The position numbers and the translations under genes were made by a program. Positions 1-11,747 of a stretch of DNA of 64,000 nt are shown piece by piece. This DNA comes from Piromyces finnis finn. Lineage: Eukaryota > Fungi > Neocallimastigomycota. How positions within the stretch are numbered: position 1 is the first letter of the stretch; every line of letters begins with the position of its first letter. The notes under the pieces were generated by a model. The model saw only the letters and a list, made by a program, of their open reading frames with translations, made no database searches and was not told where the DNA came from. Location: NCBI GenBank assembly GCA_002104945.1, contig MCFH01000061.1:124001-188000 (forward strand), read 5' to 3'.

Positions 1-420
1 TTTTACTTTTTCATTCTTTTTGATTCGCATATCCCTAAGCTCCTTGAGAAGTTCTATTTGATCTTCCTTTACTCCATAAAATTCTTCTAACATAGTGACT
101 ATCTTTTTAAGGGAAGGGTAGTGAGCTCTTCTCTTTCCTCTACCTTCATCTTCTTCATCACTATCTTCACTGTCTTCATCACTTTCGAAGTCCTTATTAG
201 GATTCAACTCTTGAATAAGTTCATTTGGTGTTCCTGTAGTAGTAAACAAACAAGCTAGAAACACCATTTTTGGACTTTTAACATCTTGAAGCATAGTCCA
301 ATACTTTAATTGACTATACCAAGTCTTAATGTCCAAATTATCTTCGGTTAATCTAGTGACATGCTTTAATTCCTTCATTAATTTAGCAAAGTCAATAGAT
401 TTATCAGCTCCCGTACTCAT
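1..420 (-). CDS. Retrotransposon Gag-like ORF, N-terminal 140 codons; runs off the left edge (not in the supplied ORF track)
   Basis: Manual translation from ATG at 420: MSTGADKSIDFAKLMKELKHVTRL...KTWYSQLKVW...acidic DEDSEDSDEEDE...YPSLKKIVTMLEEFYGVKEDQIELLKELRDMRIKKNEKVK, with no stop. The helical pattern resembles Ty3/Gypsy capsids. An LTR-like end lies upstream at 1693. Confidence 0.55.
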   Translation of the reverse strand, partial: MSTGADKSIDFAKLMKELKHVTRLTEDNLDIKTWYSQLKYWTMLQDVKSPKMVFLACLFTTTGTPNELIQELNPNKDFESDEDSEDSDEEDEGRGKRRAHYPSLKKIVTMLEEFYGVKEDQIELLKELRDMRIKKNEKVK

Positions 421-799
421 TTTTATATACAAGTTTTAAATAAAGATAAAAATACAATTTTACAATAATATTAAAGAATGAAACAAGTTTAAAAAAAAAT
501 AATTTTCTTTTATAAGAATTTAAAAGAATGAATTACAACAATATTTGAAATATATTTAATTAACAACACTAATAATTATTCTCTTTAGTTAAACTAGTAA
601 TACCAATATAAAATACTTCCTTAACTGCACCAATTAACAATATTAATTTCTCTCTATTAACTATTTTAATTGTGCCTTGAAGTATATAACTTTTTATTAT
701 ACTAGTATAACCCTCTTTTGAATTATTAACTATTTTAATTAAATAATAATACAAAAATAAATATAAAAATAACTATAAAAATGTAGTGTGATATCAATA

Positions 800-1693
800 T
801 GTTATTATTATCCCCGATATCTCCACCATTAATTATGCTACGGTTCAAATAAGATATCACAAAACACTTGAATAGTTATAAAAATAAAAATTTATTTAAT
901 TTTAATTTTTATTCATTTAATTTATTTTTGATTTTTCAATTTTTAAAATTTTTCTCAAAAATCCTCCTACTTTTTCCAACTATCCATTATTTGAAATTTA
1001 ATGGTTTTGGATAGCTAAGGATTTAAATTGATTTCATTCATAATATATGGATCATTCACTGTAACATATATTAATTAAATCCTTAATATATATTATGAAT
1101 AATCTCTTAATATTTGAATAGAAAAATTTTTAATTTATAATTAATAAAATTTTAATTTAGGATATGTGTAACATTTTTGCATATCATATATTATATATTT
1201 AATTATGACATATAATAAAATTATATTATTCAATTAATTATGCCCTTTTTTAGACATAAATAATAATTTTTCTGTCGAGGTATCCTCTGTTTTGTGTGTA
1301 ACAGTTGCCTCTTTTAGTAAAAATTATAATTAAATTCTATGTCATAATTTCAAATTATAAAATATTATACAATAAGGTTAATTAATAAAATAAACCTTAA
1401 ATAATAATAAAATACCTATAACTATTTTAATAATAAAATTTTGTAAAATTTATAAGTATAAAATATTATAAGTAATTATACTAATACTAATAATAAAGGT
1501 CTTAAATAACTATATACAAATAATATAACTATATAATAAAAATATTAATAATTACTAGAAAAATGTATAAAAATTATATATTATAATTTTTATATTTTAA
1601 AAATAGAGTTAAACACTAGTAAGGAATATAAATAGTTGAAGGTTAATTCCTAAAATTCTAGCTAATTCAACTATTTATGTTCATTCCTTAACA
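800..1693 (-). mobile_element. Probable LTR (left boundary uncertain) whose TGTTAAGGAA terminus lies 14 bp upstream of tRNA-Val
   Basis: Plus strand ends ...TTCCTTAACA at 1693, the same TGTTAAGGAA terminus as LTR M (13734). A long hairpin occupies 1621-1689. Confidence 0.4.
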
Positions 1694-1707
1694 ACACAAA
1701 TGTCAAT

Positions 1708-1780
1708 ATCCAAATAGTGTAGTGGTTATCACGTTTCCTTTACACGGAAAAGGTCTCCGGTTCGAACCCGGGTTTGGGTA
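1708..1780 (+). tRNA. tRNA-Val (UAC)
   Basis: 73-nt cloverleaf: acceptor ATCCAAA/TTTGGGT, anticodon arm TTTCC-TTTACAC-GGAAA, T arm TCCGG-TTCGAAC-CCGGG. Confidence 0.95.
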
Positions 1781-2679
1781 ATGATAAATATTATTTTAAT
1801 GAATATATCTTTATATGATTTTTAAAGTTGCATAAGAGTAATATTTAAATTTGATACACATTCCAAGCTTAAGTTTTTTTCTTTATACTTTTATTTAATA
1901 ATTAAAAGTATTTCTATATTTATTTATTAATATACTATTTAAAAAAGTATACTCATTAGGTTTAAAGTTTTATTATAAATACTACCACTACTGTTATTAT
2001 TACTATTATTAATATTAATATTATTAATATATATAAAATATATAAAATTTTTGATAAATGTTTAAATAATCTTCTAATATTTTTTTCTATATGTATAAAT
2101 TGAATTTGAATTTTTAATGATTTTATATATGGATTATTAATATTATATATTTCATATTTTTTACTAATCATAGTAACCGGAAGAATACTATAAAAATACT
2201 CATATATTTTAAATTTTAAAAATATTTTCTTACATATTAATGAATAATTATTATAATCTATAAATTTTCACTAATTAAAAATTTTATATTATTTACATAT
2301 AACTTTAGATTTAATTTTGATTAACTTTATGAACCTTTATTATTTTTATACTTTTATCATTTTAATTGTATTTTATTATAAAAGCATAGTTAATATAATA
2401 TATTTTTTAATAATTGCAAGATATGTTTCATAGCATATGATAAAGTTTTTAAAATGCTAATTTTATTAAAGCTCGAATACATGTTTAAAACTTTCTTATT
2501 TCCAAAAAAAAAAAAATACTTGAAAATATTATATATTTAACATATAACTTTAAAAAGATTTTATAAAATTGAAGATTCTTAAAAATAATAAAAATTATTT
2601 ATTATTTGCAAATAATATAATGACACTTTTAAAAAAACATTTTAATATTATTCTAATAATTTTAGAATATTAAAATAAA

Positions 2680-2751
2680 TAGCAGCGGTATGTTTCGATC
2701 ATACGACCTGTGGGTTATGAGCCCACCACGCTTCCACTGCGCTACGCTGCT
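2680..2751 (-). tRNA. Initiator tRNA-Met (CAU)
   Basis: AGCAGCG...GTGGG-CTCATAA-CCCAC...GTATG-ATCGAAA-CATAC-CGCTGCT-A. A1:U72, three G-C pairs at the anticodon stem and the ATCGAAA T-loop are initiator hallmarks. Confidence 0.96.
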
Positions 2752-3361
2752 TCTCGCTGAATATTGATGTAAGAAATAATAATTATTTGATACATAATTA
2801 ATATTTCTTAGTTAAGATCATTAATTATTAATCATTAATTAATGTTAATAATATTAGTCTATTTAAATAATTATTCTCATTTAAATTTATTTTAATTATT
2901 TATTTTCACTTAATTTTAATATCTTAAATTACATTTAACCATTTAATTATATTATTCATTAATATTTTATTTAATATTTTTATTAATTATATTTATGCAT
3001 TTAACTAATTAATTTAATTAATTACTTTTATTTAACTTTATATTTTTATTAATTATATTTATTCATTTAATTAATTAATTTAATTAATTACTTTTATTTA
3101 ACTTTATATTTTTATCAAATATATTTAATTATTTATTTAATTAATTACTTTAAAATAATTATTCATTGTTTAGGAATCGATATTTTAAGGTTTTTTCCAA
3201 TTTCTAAAATAATTGGTTTTACTTAAAATATACGATGATCAATATGTATAGAATGTTGATCGAACTTTGTTTAGGTTTTTCTTCTAATCTTTTCCTAAAC
3301 AAAAAATTATTTTGTTAAGATTAGATAAAATTTTAATTTAAACTTTAAATTTATTAAATAA

Positions 3362-3409
3362 TATAAATAAAGACTCTTGATTCCCTTCTAAGAAATCAAG
3401 AGTTATTAT
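3362..3409 (+). promoter_or_regulatory. Family A LTR TATA box, hairpin and predicted transcript start / self-primer
   Basis: TATAAATA 3362-3369; stem ACTCTTGATT 3373-3382 / AATCAAGAGT 3394-3403; AAGAGTTATTAT 3398-3409 is the exact reverse complement of the PBS at 3634-3645. Confidence 0.7.
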
Positions 3410-3654
3410 TATAAGAAACAAATTATAATAATAAAAGCGTTTTTAATTTTATTTTACTTAACTTAGTTATAATAAAACATATTAACTTATTAAAGTGTAA
3501 AATTATTTTTACTCTTATAATAAACTCGAACTTAAAGATAAGTATTAATATTTATTTTCTTTTTATTCTCAATTTATCAATAAATTGTAGTTAATAATTC
3601 TATTATATAATAATTTATAATGGAATTATTACAATAATAACTCTTCTTCTCAGA

Positions 3655-3840
3655 GGAAATAATAAATAATAAATAATAAATAATTAATAATAAATAATAA
3701 ATAATAAATAATAAATAATAAATAATAAATAATAAATAATAAATAATAAATAATAAATAATAAATAATAAATAAGAAATAAGAAATAAGAAATAATAAAT
3801 AATAATTATAATAATTATAATAATAAAGAATAAAATAATC
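3655..3840. repeat. (AATAAAT)n low-complexity tandem repeat in the element A leader
   Basis: Visible 7-bp periodicity. Confidence 0.85.
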
Positions 3841-3960
3841 AAGTGACATTTAAGAAATAGATAGAAATAAAATAAACTAATAATTACATATATAATAGTT
3901 AGTTAGCTTAAATATACTAATATATCTTTACTGTAAATATTTTGTAAAAAGATATAAATC

Positions 3961-6900
3961 ATGCAAAACAATAATTTAGGCCAAGACGGCACATCTAATG
4001 AAGCTGAAGAAAACCATGATGTTTTCCATGATCAAAATGCTGCAAAACTCATTACTGCTATTACTGACTTCATTCCTGCATTCTTTTCCCCTAATGGCGT
4101 ACTTCTCAAGGAAAGCGAGGCTAAGAATCCCTTAAATATTTTGGAAACTTTAATACAAAGTGAAGATTTTTTTAGGGAACATCCAGGGTCGTTTGCTAAT
4201 GATGAAACTAAGAACTCATTTATTATTAACAAATTGACCGGGACTGCAAGAAGATGGGGTCTCTCTCTCTTAACCGATGGAACCCTTAAGAAACTTAACT
4301 TTGAGGAATTTAAGAATCTACTTTTGGAAAACTTTGATGCAGGCAGTGAAAGAAAACAGAAATATATGATCATGGAGAAACTTTGGAAACTTAAACAGCT
4401 TGAATTAGGAAATGTTGCCGAATTTACCATTGAGTTCCGTAGGCTAGCTGGACGCCTGGGATGGCCGGATGACGTACTGATCGACATAATTGGAAAGGGA
4501 CTTCTGGATAAAGTTCGTGATGAGTTTGATAAACTTGAAAAGCCAAAGTCCTTGTTCGAAGCCACAAATATAATAATTGGAATAGATAAAAAATGCCACT
4601 TGGAAAGCCGCTTAAGAGGTAAATCAAGGAACCACCGCTCAAGAAACAATAAATCCTTTCAGAAGAAGAGAAGAGAACTTACGAAGTTAGAAAACAAGGA
4701 AAAATATCTTCATAATAAGAAGAATAATTTTAAAAATGATATCCTTTCTGCTAATTATACTCCGAATAGTAAGACATCTATTACTACCACTTTTTACTTG
4801 GGTGTTAAAGGAAGAAATATTAAAATAAATCTTTTAATTGATTCTGGTTCAGCCAGAAGCTTCATTTGCAAAAATTTTGCAAATTCAAATAAATTATCTA
4901 CTTCGGGTCTCTCTTCACCAATTAACATTCAGCTCCCGAATGGTAAAAGTATGGTTATTAAACTCACTACAAAACCACTGAAACTAAAGTTCTTAGACCA
5001 CACAGAAACCTTTGAGTTTTGTATTGCTAATTTATCACTTCAAGGAATCAATGGAATTCTTGGAAGAGATTGGTTATCAATACATAATCCGTTCATTGAC
5101 TTTAAAACTAACAAGATATTCTTCTTAGGAAAGTATTGTGGAACTCATTGCCCTTCTTCTAGAAAGCATAAAATTTCCGATCAAAGCCTTGACATCACAG
5201 CTTCGATGATAAACAAACACAAGTCTAACACTCATTTAGATTCAATAATCCCTGAAATGATGTCAGAAGATGATCTCATAGACACCAACATTTGTGCTGC
5301 CATGTTAGAAGAAGATTTATCTGAAGATAACCAGGAAAAAGAAGAAATCATTAGGAAGTATTATTCTGATCTCAGAATAGTATTTGGGAAAAAGGAATCG
5401 GAGAAGTTACCACCCCATCGGGAATATGATATCTCTATTGATACCATTCCTGGCGGTCAATTGTATTTCGGACCAATCTACTCTTTGACAGTTCCAGAAA
5501 TGAAAGCATTAAAGGATTACATTCAAGACAATTTAAGGAAGAATTTTATTAGGAAATCAAAATCACCAGCAGGCGCTCCTGTCCTTTTTGTAAAGAAACA
5601 TGATGGCTCTCTTAGACTCTGCGTCGACTATCGGCGTTTGAATGCTATTACAATTCGAAATAGTTACCCGATACCCAGAATAAGCGACTTAGTTGAATCA
5701 TTTAAAGGTGCTAAGATATTTACTCGTTTAGATCTTAGATCCGCTTACAATCTTGTACGGATCAAAGAAGGCCATGAATATCTTACTGCGTTCAGAACTC
5801 CATTAGGGCATTTTGAATATTTAGTTATGCCCTTTGGACTTCGAAATGCACCTTCTGTCTTCCAACGATTCATTCAAGATACACTTAGTGACACTATAGG
5901 CATTTTCGTTCAAGTATACCTTGACGATATCATAATTTATTCCAATTCTTTAAGTGAGCATATAGACCATGTAAGAATAGTTCTTAAACTGCTCATCAAC
6001 AATGGGTTATATGCTAAACTTGAAAAGTGTGATTTCCATGTCACGGAAACAACTTTTCTTGGCTTTACAGTTTCGATAAATGGATTGCTTATGGATAAAG
6101 ACAAGGTTAAATCTGTTATTGAATGGCCAACCCCTAAAAATAAAAAAGAGCTACAAAGCTTTTTAGGCCTTTGCAATTTCTATAGGAAATTCATTAAAGA
6201 TTTTGCAAAAAATATGGAACCTCTTCGAACATTATTAAAAAAGGACAATGATTTTATATGGAATGAAGATACAGAAATTGCATTTAATAAAATGAAAGAG
6301 TCTTTTAAAGTTGGGGAAATATTAATATTCCCTGATCCAGAGAAAGAATTTATCGTCGAAGCTGATGCAAGTGATTTCGCAGTCGGATGTGTTCTTTCTC
6401 AAATCAGTAGTTCAGATAATTGTCTTCATCCAGTTGCTTTTCACTCTAGGTCCCTCAATAAAGCCGAAGTTAATTATACAATTTATGACAAAGAACTTCT
6501 GGCAATCATTACTGCTTTTGATACCTGGAGGCATCACTTAGAAGGCTCCAAATATCCTGTACAAATTATTACAGATCACAAAAATTTGTTATACTTCAAG
6601 AAACCCCAACACTTGAACCAAAGACAAATTCGTTGGAGTCTCTTCCTTTCCAAGTTTGACTTTAGGATCTCATATAGATCGGGTGCAAGTAGTGGTAAGC
6701 CCGATGCCTTATCAAGACGACCCGACTATAAAGATAGTATCAAAACAAAGCCTGATATTGTTATAAAAGATAAGCTTTTTTGTTGTTCCATGAATGAAAA
6801 TATTGACAAATTAATAAATGCTCAAAAAGCTGATAAATATTGTCAGGATATTTTTTCCAAAGTCAAGATCAATTCGAAGGATATTAAAAGTTCTTTATTC

Positions 6901-8025
6901 AGTATCGTCGATGGCGTTTTACACTTTCAAAAACGTATTATTGTGCCATCAACAATCAAGGCAAGGATTCTTAAATCCTTTCACGATTCACCCATTAGTG
7001 GCCACCAGGGGGTAGATAGGACTTTCGAAAAACTTAGAAGGTACTACTGGTGGCCTAATATGAAAAAGGATATTACGAATTATGTCCTCTCGTGCGATGT
7101 CTGTAGTAGAAGTAAAATTCGCAGACATAAACCCTATGGTAAGTTAATACCGCTTCCTATCCCTACAAAACCCTGGGAAGTTATAGGTGTCGATTTTATT
7201 GTTGCTCTGCCTCCTTCTCAAGACTGCACTTGCATAATGGTTGTCTCAGACCATTTAACCAAGATGGTCCATTTAGTGCCTTGTACCGACGTTCCTTCTG
7301 CCGAACTCACTGCTAAGCTCCTTCTTTCTCAAGTCTTCAGGTATCATGGTTTCCCCAAAGTTATAATTTCGGATCATGGTTCACAATTCTCTTCCCAATT
7401 CTGGACCTCATTATGTTTGGCAATTCGTGCAAAACCACATTTAGCTACTGCGCACCACCAGCAATCTAACGGTCAAGTTGAACGTGCGAACGCTGTAATT
7501 GAACAATATCTTAGATGTTATTGTTCCTCGGCTCAAAACGAATGGTGTTATTATATTCCACTCTGTGAAATATCTTATAATAATTCGGTAAACAAGTCTA
7601 TAGGTCAAACACCCTTTCATGCTAATTTTGGATTCCATCCTAATTGCATTCTAGACTCTCCTCCAACACTTTTAAAAGATAATGCTTCAGTTCTTACAAG
7701 AGACTGGGCATCACATTTTGAAACTCTCCGTCAACATTTGGTAAAAGCCAAAGAGGATTTTAAAAAATATAGTGATAGCAGGAAATCAATTGGCCCCTCT
7801 TTCCAGGTTAACGATTTAGTGATGTTAAGAAGATATTATTTCACTAATGAACCAGCTAAGAAACTGTCAACACAATACTTAGGTCCTTTTAAAGTCATAG
7901 AAAAGAGGGAAAGAATGAACTACCGTCTAGAATTACCGGAAACTTTACACCTACATCCGGTATTTCATATTTCACAATTGGAACCATATACCAAAAGAAA
8001 TGAAGACTTAATAGATTCCTCATAA
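3961..8025 (+). CDS. Gag-Pol polyprotein, 1354 aa (Gag, protease, RT, RNase H, integrase; no chromodomain)
   Basis: LIDSGS protease motif; LCVDYRRLN, YLVMPFGL and YLDD in RT; EADASD and TDHKNL in RNase H; H-x6-H...C-x2-C zinc finger, D-D-E core and LGPF in integrase; ends shortly after HPVFHISQLEPY. Confidence 0.97.
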   Translation: MQNNNLGQDGTSNEAEENHDVFHDQNAAKLITAITDFIPAFFSPNGVLLKESEAKNPLNILETLIQSEDFFREHPGSFANDETKNSFIINKLTGTARRWGLSLLTDGTLKKLNFEEFKNLLLENFDAGSERKQKYMIMEKLWKLKQLELGNVAEFTIEFRRLAGRLGWPDDVLIDIIGKGLLDKVRDEFDKLEKPKSLFEATNIIIGIDKKCHLESRLRGKSRNHRSRNNKSFQKKRRELTKLENKEKYLHNKKNNFKNDILSANYTPNSKTSITTTFYLGVKGRNIKINLLIDSGSARSFICKNFANSNKLSTSGLSSPINIQLPNGKSMVIKLTTKPLKLKFLDHTETFEFCIANLSLQGINGILGRDWLSIHNPFIDFKTNKIFFLGKYCGTHCPSSRKHKISDQSLDITASMINKHKSNTHLDSIIPEMMSEDDLIDTNICAAMLEEDLSEDNQEKEEIIRKYYSDLRIVFGKKESEKLPPHREYDISIDTIPGGQLYFGPIYSLTVPEMKALKDYIQDNLRKNFIRKSKSPAGAPVLFVKKHDGSLRLCVDYRRLNAITIRNSYPIPRISDLVESFKGAKIFTRLDLRSAYNLVRIKEGHEYLTAFRTPLGHFEYLVMPFGLRNAPSVFQRFIQDTLSDTIGIFVQVYLDDIIIYSNSLSEHIDHVRIVLKLLINNGLYAKLEKCDFHVTETTFLGFTVSINGLLMDKDKVKSVIEWPTPKNKKELQSFLGLCNFYRKFIKDFAKNMEPLRTLLKKDNDFIWNEDTEIAFNKMKESFKVGEILIFPDPEKEFIVEADASDFAVGCVLSQISSSDNCLHPVAFHSRSLNKAEVNYTIYDKELLAIITAFDTWRHHLEGSKYPVQIITDHKNLLYFKKPQHLNQRQIRWSLFLSKFDFRISYRSGASSGKPDALSRRPDYKDSIKTKPDIVIKDKLFCCSMNENIDKLINAQKADKYCQDIFSKVKINSKDIKSSLFSIVDGVLHFQKRIIVPSTIKARILKSFHDSPISGHQGVDRTFEKLRRYYWWPNMKKDITNYVLSCDVCSRSKIRRHKPYGKLIPLPIPTKPWEVIGVDFIVALPPSQDCTCIMVVSDHLTKMVHLVPCTDVPSAELTAKLLLSQVFRYHGFPKVIISDHGSQFSSQFWTSLCLAIRAKPHLATAHHQQSNGQVERANAVIEQYLRCYCSSAQNEWCYYIPLCEISYNNSVNKSIGQTPFHANFGFHPNCILDSPPTLLKDNASVLTRDWASHFETLRQHLVKAKEDFKKYSDSRKSIGPSFQVNDLVMLRRYYFTNEPAKKLSTQYLGPFKVIEKRERMNYRLELPETLHLHPVFHISQLEPYTKRNEDLIDSS

Positions 8026-8904
8026 TAAACGGAGCAATGTAAGAAATAATAATTATTTGATACATAATTAATATTTCTTAGTTAAAATCATTAATTATTA
8101 ATCATTAATTAATGTTAATAATATTAGTCTATTTAAATAATTATTCTCATTTAAATTTATTTTAATTATTTATTTTCACTTAATTTTAATATCTTAAATT
8201 ACATTTAGCCATTTAATTATATTATTCATTAATATTTTATTTAATATTTTTATTAATTATATTTATGCATTTAACTAATTAATTTAATTAATTACTTTTA
8301 TTTAACTTTATATTTTTATTAATTATATTTATTCATTTAATTAATTAATTTAATTAATTACTTTTATTTAACTTTATATTTTTATCAAATATATTTAATT
8401 ATTTATTTAATTAATTACTTTAAAATAATTATTCATTGTTTAGGAATCGATATTTTAAGGTTTTTTCCAATTTCTAAAATAATTGGTTTTACTTAAAATA
8501 TACGATGATCAATATGTATAGAATGTTGATCGAACTTTGTTTAGGTTTTTCTTCTAATCTTTTCCTAAACAAAAAATTATTTTGTTAAGATTAGATAAAA
8601 TTTTAATTTAAACTTTAAATTTATTAAATAATATAAATAAAGACTCTTGATTCCCTTCTAAGAAATCAAGAGTTATTATTATAAGAAACAAATTATAATA
8701 ATAAAAGCGTTTTTAATTTTATTTTACTTAACTTAGTTATAATAAAACATATTAACTTATTAAAGTGTAAAATTATTTCTACTCTTATAATAAACTCGAA
8801 CTTAAAGATAAGTATTAATATTTATTTTCTTTTTATTCTCAATTTATCAATAAATTGTAGTTAATAATTCTATTATATAATAATTTATAATGGAATTATT
8901 ACAT

Positions 8905-9515
8905 TGTCAAAAAGCGATTTTTTATTAAGAAAGTGTGAGAAGCACACTAGTTATATTTATTAACTAATATAATACGCTTTCCTATTGAAGGCGTAAAGTT
9001 AATAATATTTATATAAAGAAAATAATTAATATTTTTAATTTAGTAATAACTTAATATCAGCATATATTAAGTTATTAAAAATATTAAAATTTTTAAAGTT
9101 TTAGGTTTTATAGGAGTTTATAAATTTTATTAACTTTAAGTTAAAAAAAATTACTAACGCTAAAGCTTCGTAATTTTTGTCAATTTTTGTTCTTTTTATA
9201 CATGAACAATTTATATTATTACATTATTAATTTTAATTAATTATTGTCTTAATTATAAAATATTTAATTTTATAAATTAATAATTAATATAATTATTGTA
9301 AATAGTTTATAAATTTAAAATAAAAATTTTAATAATAAATTTTTTAATAAATTTAAAAAATTTAATAATTTCAAAGGATTAGTGTTTTTATACTTTGAAA
9401 TTTTTTAATAAAAATTTAAAAAATAATTTTTTCAATTTTTCAATTTTTTAAAAATTTTTTAATTTTTTCAATGTGTCCAAATTTTTTTTAAATTTTTATG
9501 TATGTTATTGTGACA
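8905..9515. mobile_element. Solo LTR family B (TGTCA...TGACA)
   Basis: Terminal inverted 5-mers; near-identical inverted copy at 10369-10924. Confidence 0.85.
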
Positions 9516-9522
9516 GCATTTG

Positions 9523-10365
9523 TGTAAGAATTAATAATTATTTATTGAACAATTATTAATTCTTATTTTATTATTTTTTAATTATTAAATTAATTATTTA
9601 TTTAAACTATTAGCATACATTCATTTAAATTACTATAAACATTTATTTATATTAATATTAATTATTCATTTACTTAATTTAAAATTTATTTAATTACTAT
9701 ATTAATTATTTATTTATTTAATTTAGTAATTTATTTAAAATAATAGTAAACATTCATTTATTTTATTAATTAATAATTTTTGTATTACATTTATAAGAAA
9801 CATTGTGTATTTTATTTTACGTTCGTATTTTATGTTTATGTATCGTATCTTGAAATAACTTATAGAAACAATTAGAAGATATAAATAAATATTAGGACAA
9901 TCGGATATTAAGGTTTTTCCGAATTTTATTCGGTTTTACTTAATATTACGATGATTGATATATTAGTTATCAATCGAATATCTTTTTAAGTTTTTCTTCT
10001 AGTCTTTTCCTAAAAAGATTATTTGTTAAGATTAGAAATTTTTTATTAAACTTTAATTTATTAAAAAATTATAAATAAAAGAACTCTGGAATTCAACTAA
10101 AGAATCCAGAGTTATTATTATAAGAACTATTATAATAAATAACCTTTATTTAAAAAAAACAATATTAATAAAACATTTTAAATCAAATAACATTAAAGTT
10201 TTGTGTTGTTTATTATATTTCCTTATAATAAACTCTTATTTAAGATAAGTACAAAATTTTATTTATTTTAATTTCTCAGTTTAATAATATTAATTATTAT
10301 TAAATTGTAGATAATAATTATTATTATATTATTATTATGTAATATATATAATAATAATTATTACA
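9523..10365 (+). mobile_element. Solo LTR, diverged family A member
   Basis: TGTAAGAA...TTATTACA; collinear with the element A LTR; keeps TATA, the ACTCTGGA/TCCAGAGT hairpin and GAGTTATTAT. Confidence 0.85.
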
Positions 10366-10368
10366 ATA

Positions 10369-10924
10369 TGTCACAATAACATATATAAAAATTTAAAAAA
10401 TTTGAAAAAGTTGAAAAAATTATTTTTTAAATTTTTATTAAAAAATTTCAAAGTATAAAAACACTAATCCTTTGAAATTATTAAATTTTTTAAATTTATT
10501 AAAAAATTTATTATTAAAATTTTTATTTACAATAATTATATTAATTATTAATTTATAAAATTAAATATTTTATAATTAAGACAATAATTAATTAAAATTA
10601 ATAATGTAATAATATAAATTGTTCATGTATAAAAAGAACAAAAATTGACAAAAATTACGAAGCTTTAGCGTTAGTAATTTTTTTTAACTTAAAGTTAATA
10701 AAATTTATAAACTCCTATAAAACCTAAAACTTTAAAAATTTTAATATTTTTAATAACTTAATATATGCTGATATTAAGTTATTACTAAATTAAAAATATT
10801 AATTATTTTCTTTATATAAATATTATTAACTTTACGCCTTCAATAGGAAAGCGTATTATATTAGTTAATAAATATAACTAGTGTGCTTCTCACACTTTTC
10901 TTAATAAAAAATCGCTTTTTGGCA
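10369..10924. mobile_element. Solo LTR family B, inverted relative to 8905-9515
   Basis: Reverse-complement match over most of its length. Confidence 0.85.
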
Positions 10925-10930
10925 GCATAG

Positions 10931-11741
10931 TAATAAATAATGAAATTAATAAATATAAAATTATTATTAAACCTGATTTTTAAGTTAACCCTAAAAGTAA
11001 CTTATTTTAAGTTATAGTTTAATTAATTATTTTACCAAAATTCTAAAATAAAATTAATCCTAAACACTGCATATATTCTAATTATTGAAAGAAAATAATA
11101 AACTTTAATTAATCGAGATCAAAATATATAACTTTGTTAAATTAATTGTTAAATTAAATATTTAATAACTTCGTTAGTAAATTACACTAAAAATAAACAA
11201 ATATAATAATCCATGTTATAAAATAATATAATTATACACTTTTATTAAAATATTAAAAAATAATTATTACTTTAATTAGTTGTAAAATAAACAACTTTTT
11301 ATATTCTTTAACTTTTAATTATTTCTTTTATTGTTATTTCTAATTACTTTTATTACTTTTATTGTAAATAGTTATTAATTTTATTATTTTAATGTAAATA
11401 GTTTAAAATTAAAAGAAAATATAAATACATGTAAATATTCTTATTTTAATCATTATTATTATTATTAAGAAAGAAATATTATATAGTTTAGTTAATATTT
11501 TTATAATTTTAATAATCACTTTTATAATTAAATAAATAAAATTTTAAATAATTAAATATTAGAAAAACGAGTGTTTCTAATAAAACAATTTAGTGTTTTT
11601 AATAAAACAATTTTATTAATCTTTATAAAAACAATTTTAAATTCTAATCCATATAACTTATATAGTTATAACTTAAGATATAATATAATAATCACTTTTT
11701 GAAGTAAAATTCAAAATTAAGATTATTATCAAATTATATCA
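10931..11741. mobile_element. Solo LTR family C
   Basis: T(A/G)ATAA...TATCA ends; the first ~430 bp recur inverted at ~22715-23145. Confidence 0.7.
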
Positions 11742-11747
11742 ATATTG

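Larger units (their letters stand above)
2768..8903 (+). mobile_element. Intact Ty3/Gypsy LTR retrotransposon (family A)
   Basis: 866-bp LTRs at 2768-3633 and 8038-8903 (TGTAA...TTACA; I see 3 differences). Single Gag-Pol ORF. PPT-like AAACGGAGCAA before the 3' LTR. Starts 16 bp upstream of tRNA-iMet. Flanks TTGA/TTGT form an imperfect TSD. Confidence 0.97.

Noticed and set aside
3577-3849. Short hydrophobic ORFs (also 18414-18632, 18418-18759, 37462-37683 and most 60-90 aa ORFs)
   Set aside because: They are translations of AAT/ATT microsatellites or shadows of LTRs and pol genes.
4032-4649. 205-aa antisense ORF in gag (also 19046-19417, 62232-62699)
   Set aside because: Antisense shadows of real coding frames with no independent motifs.
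8905-10924. Composite DNA transposon with 550-bp terminal inverted repeats
   Set aside because: The repeats are two solo B LTRs in opposite orientation around an A-type LTR; no transposase and no shared TSD.
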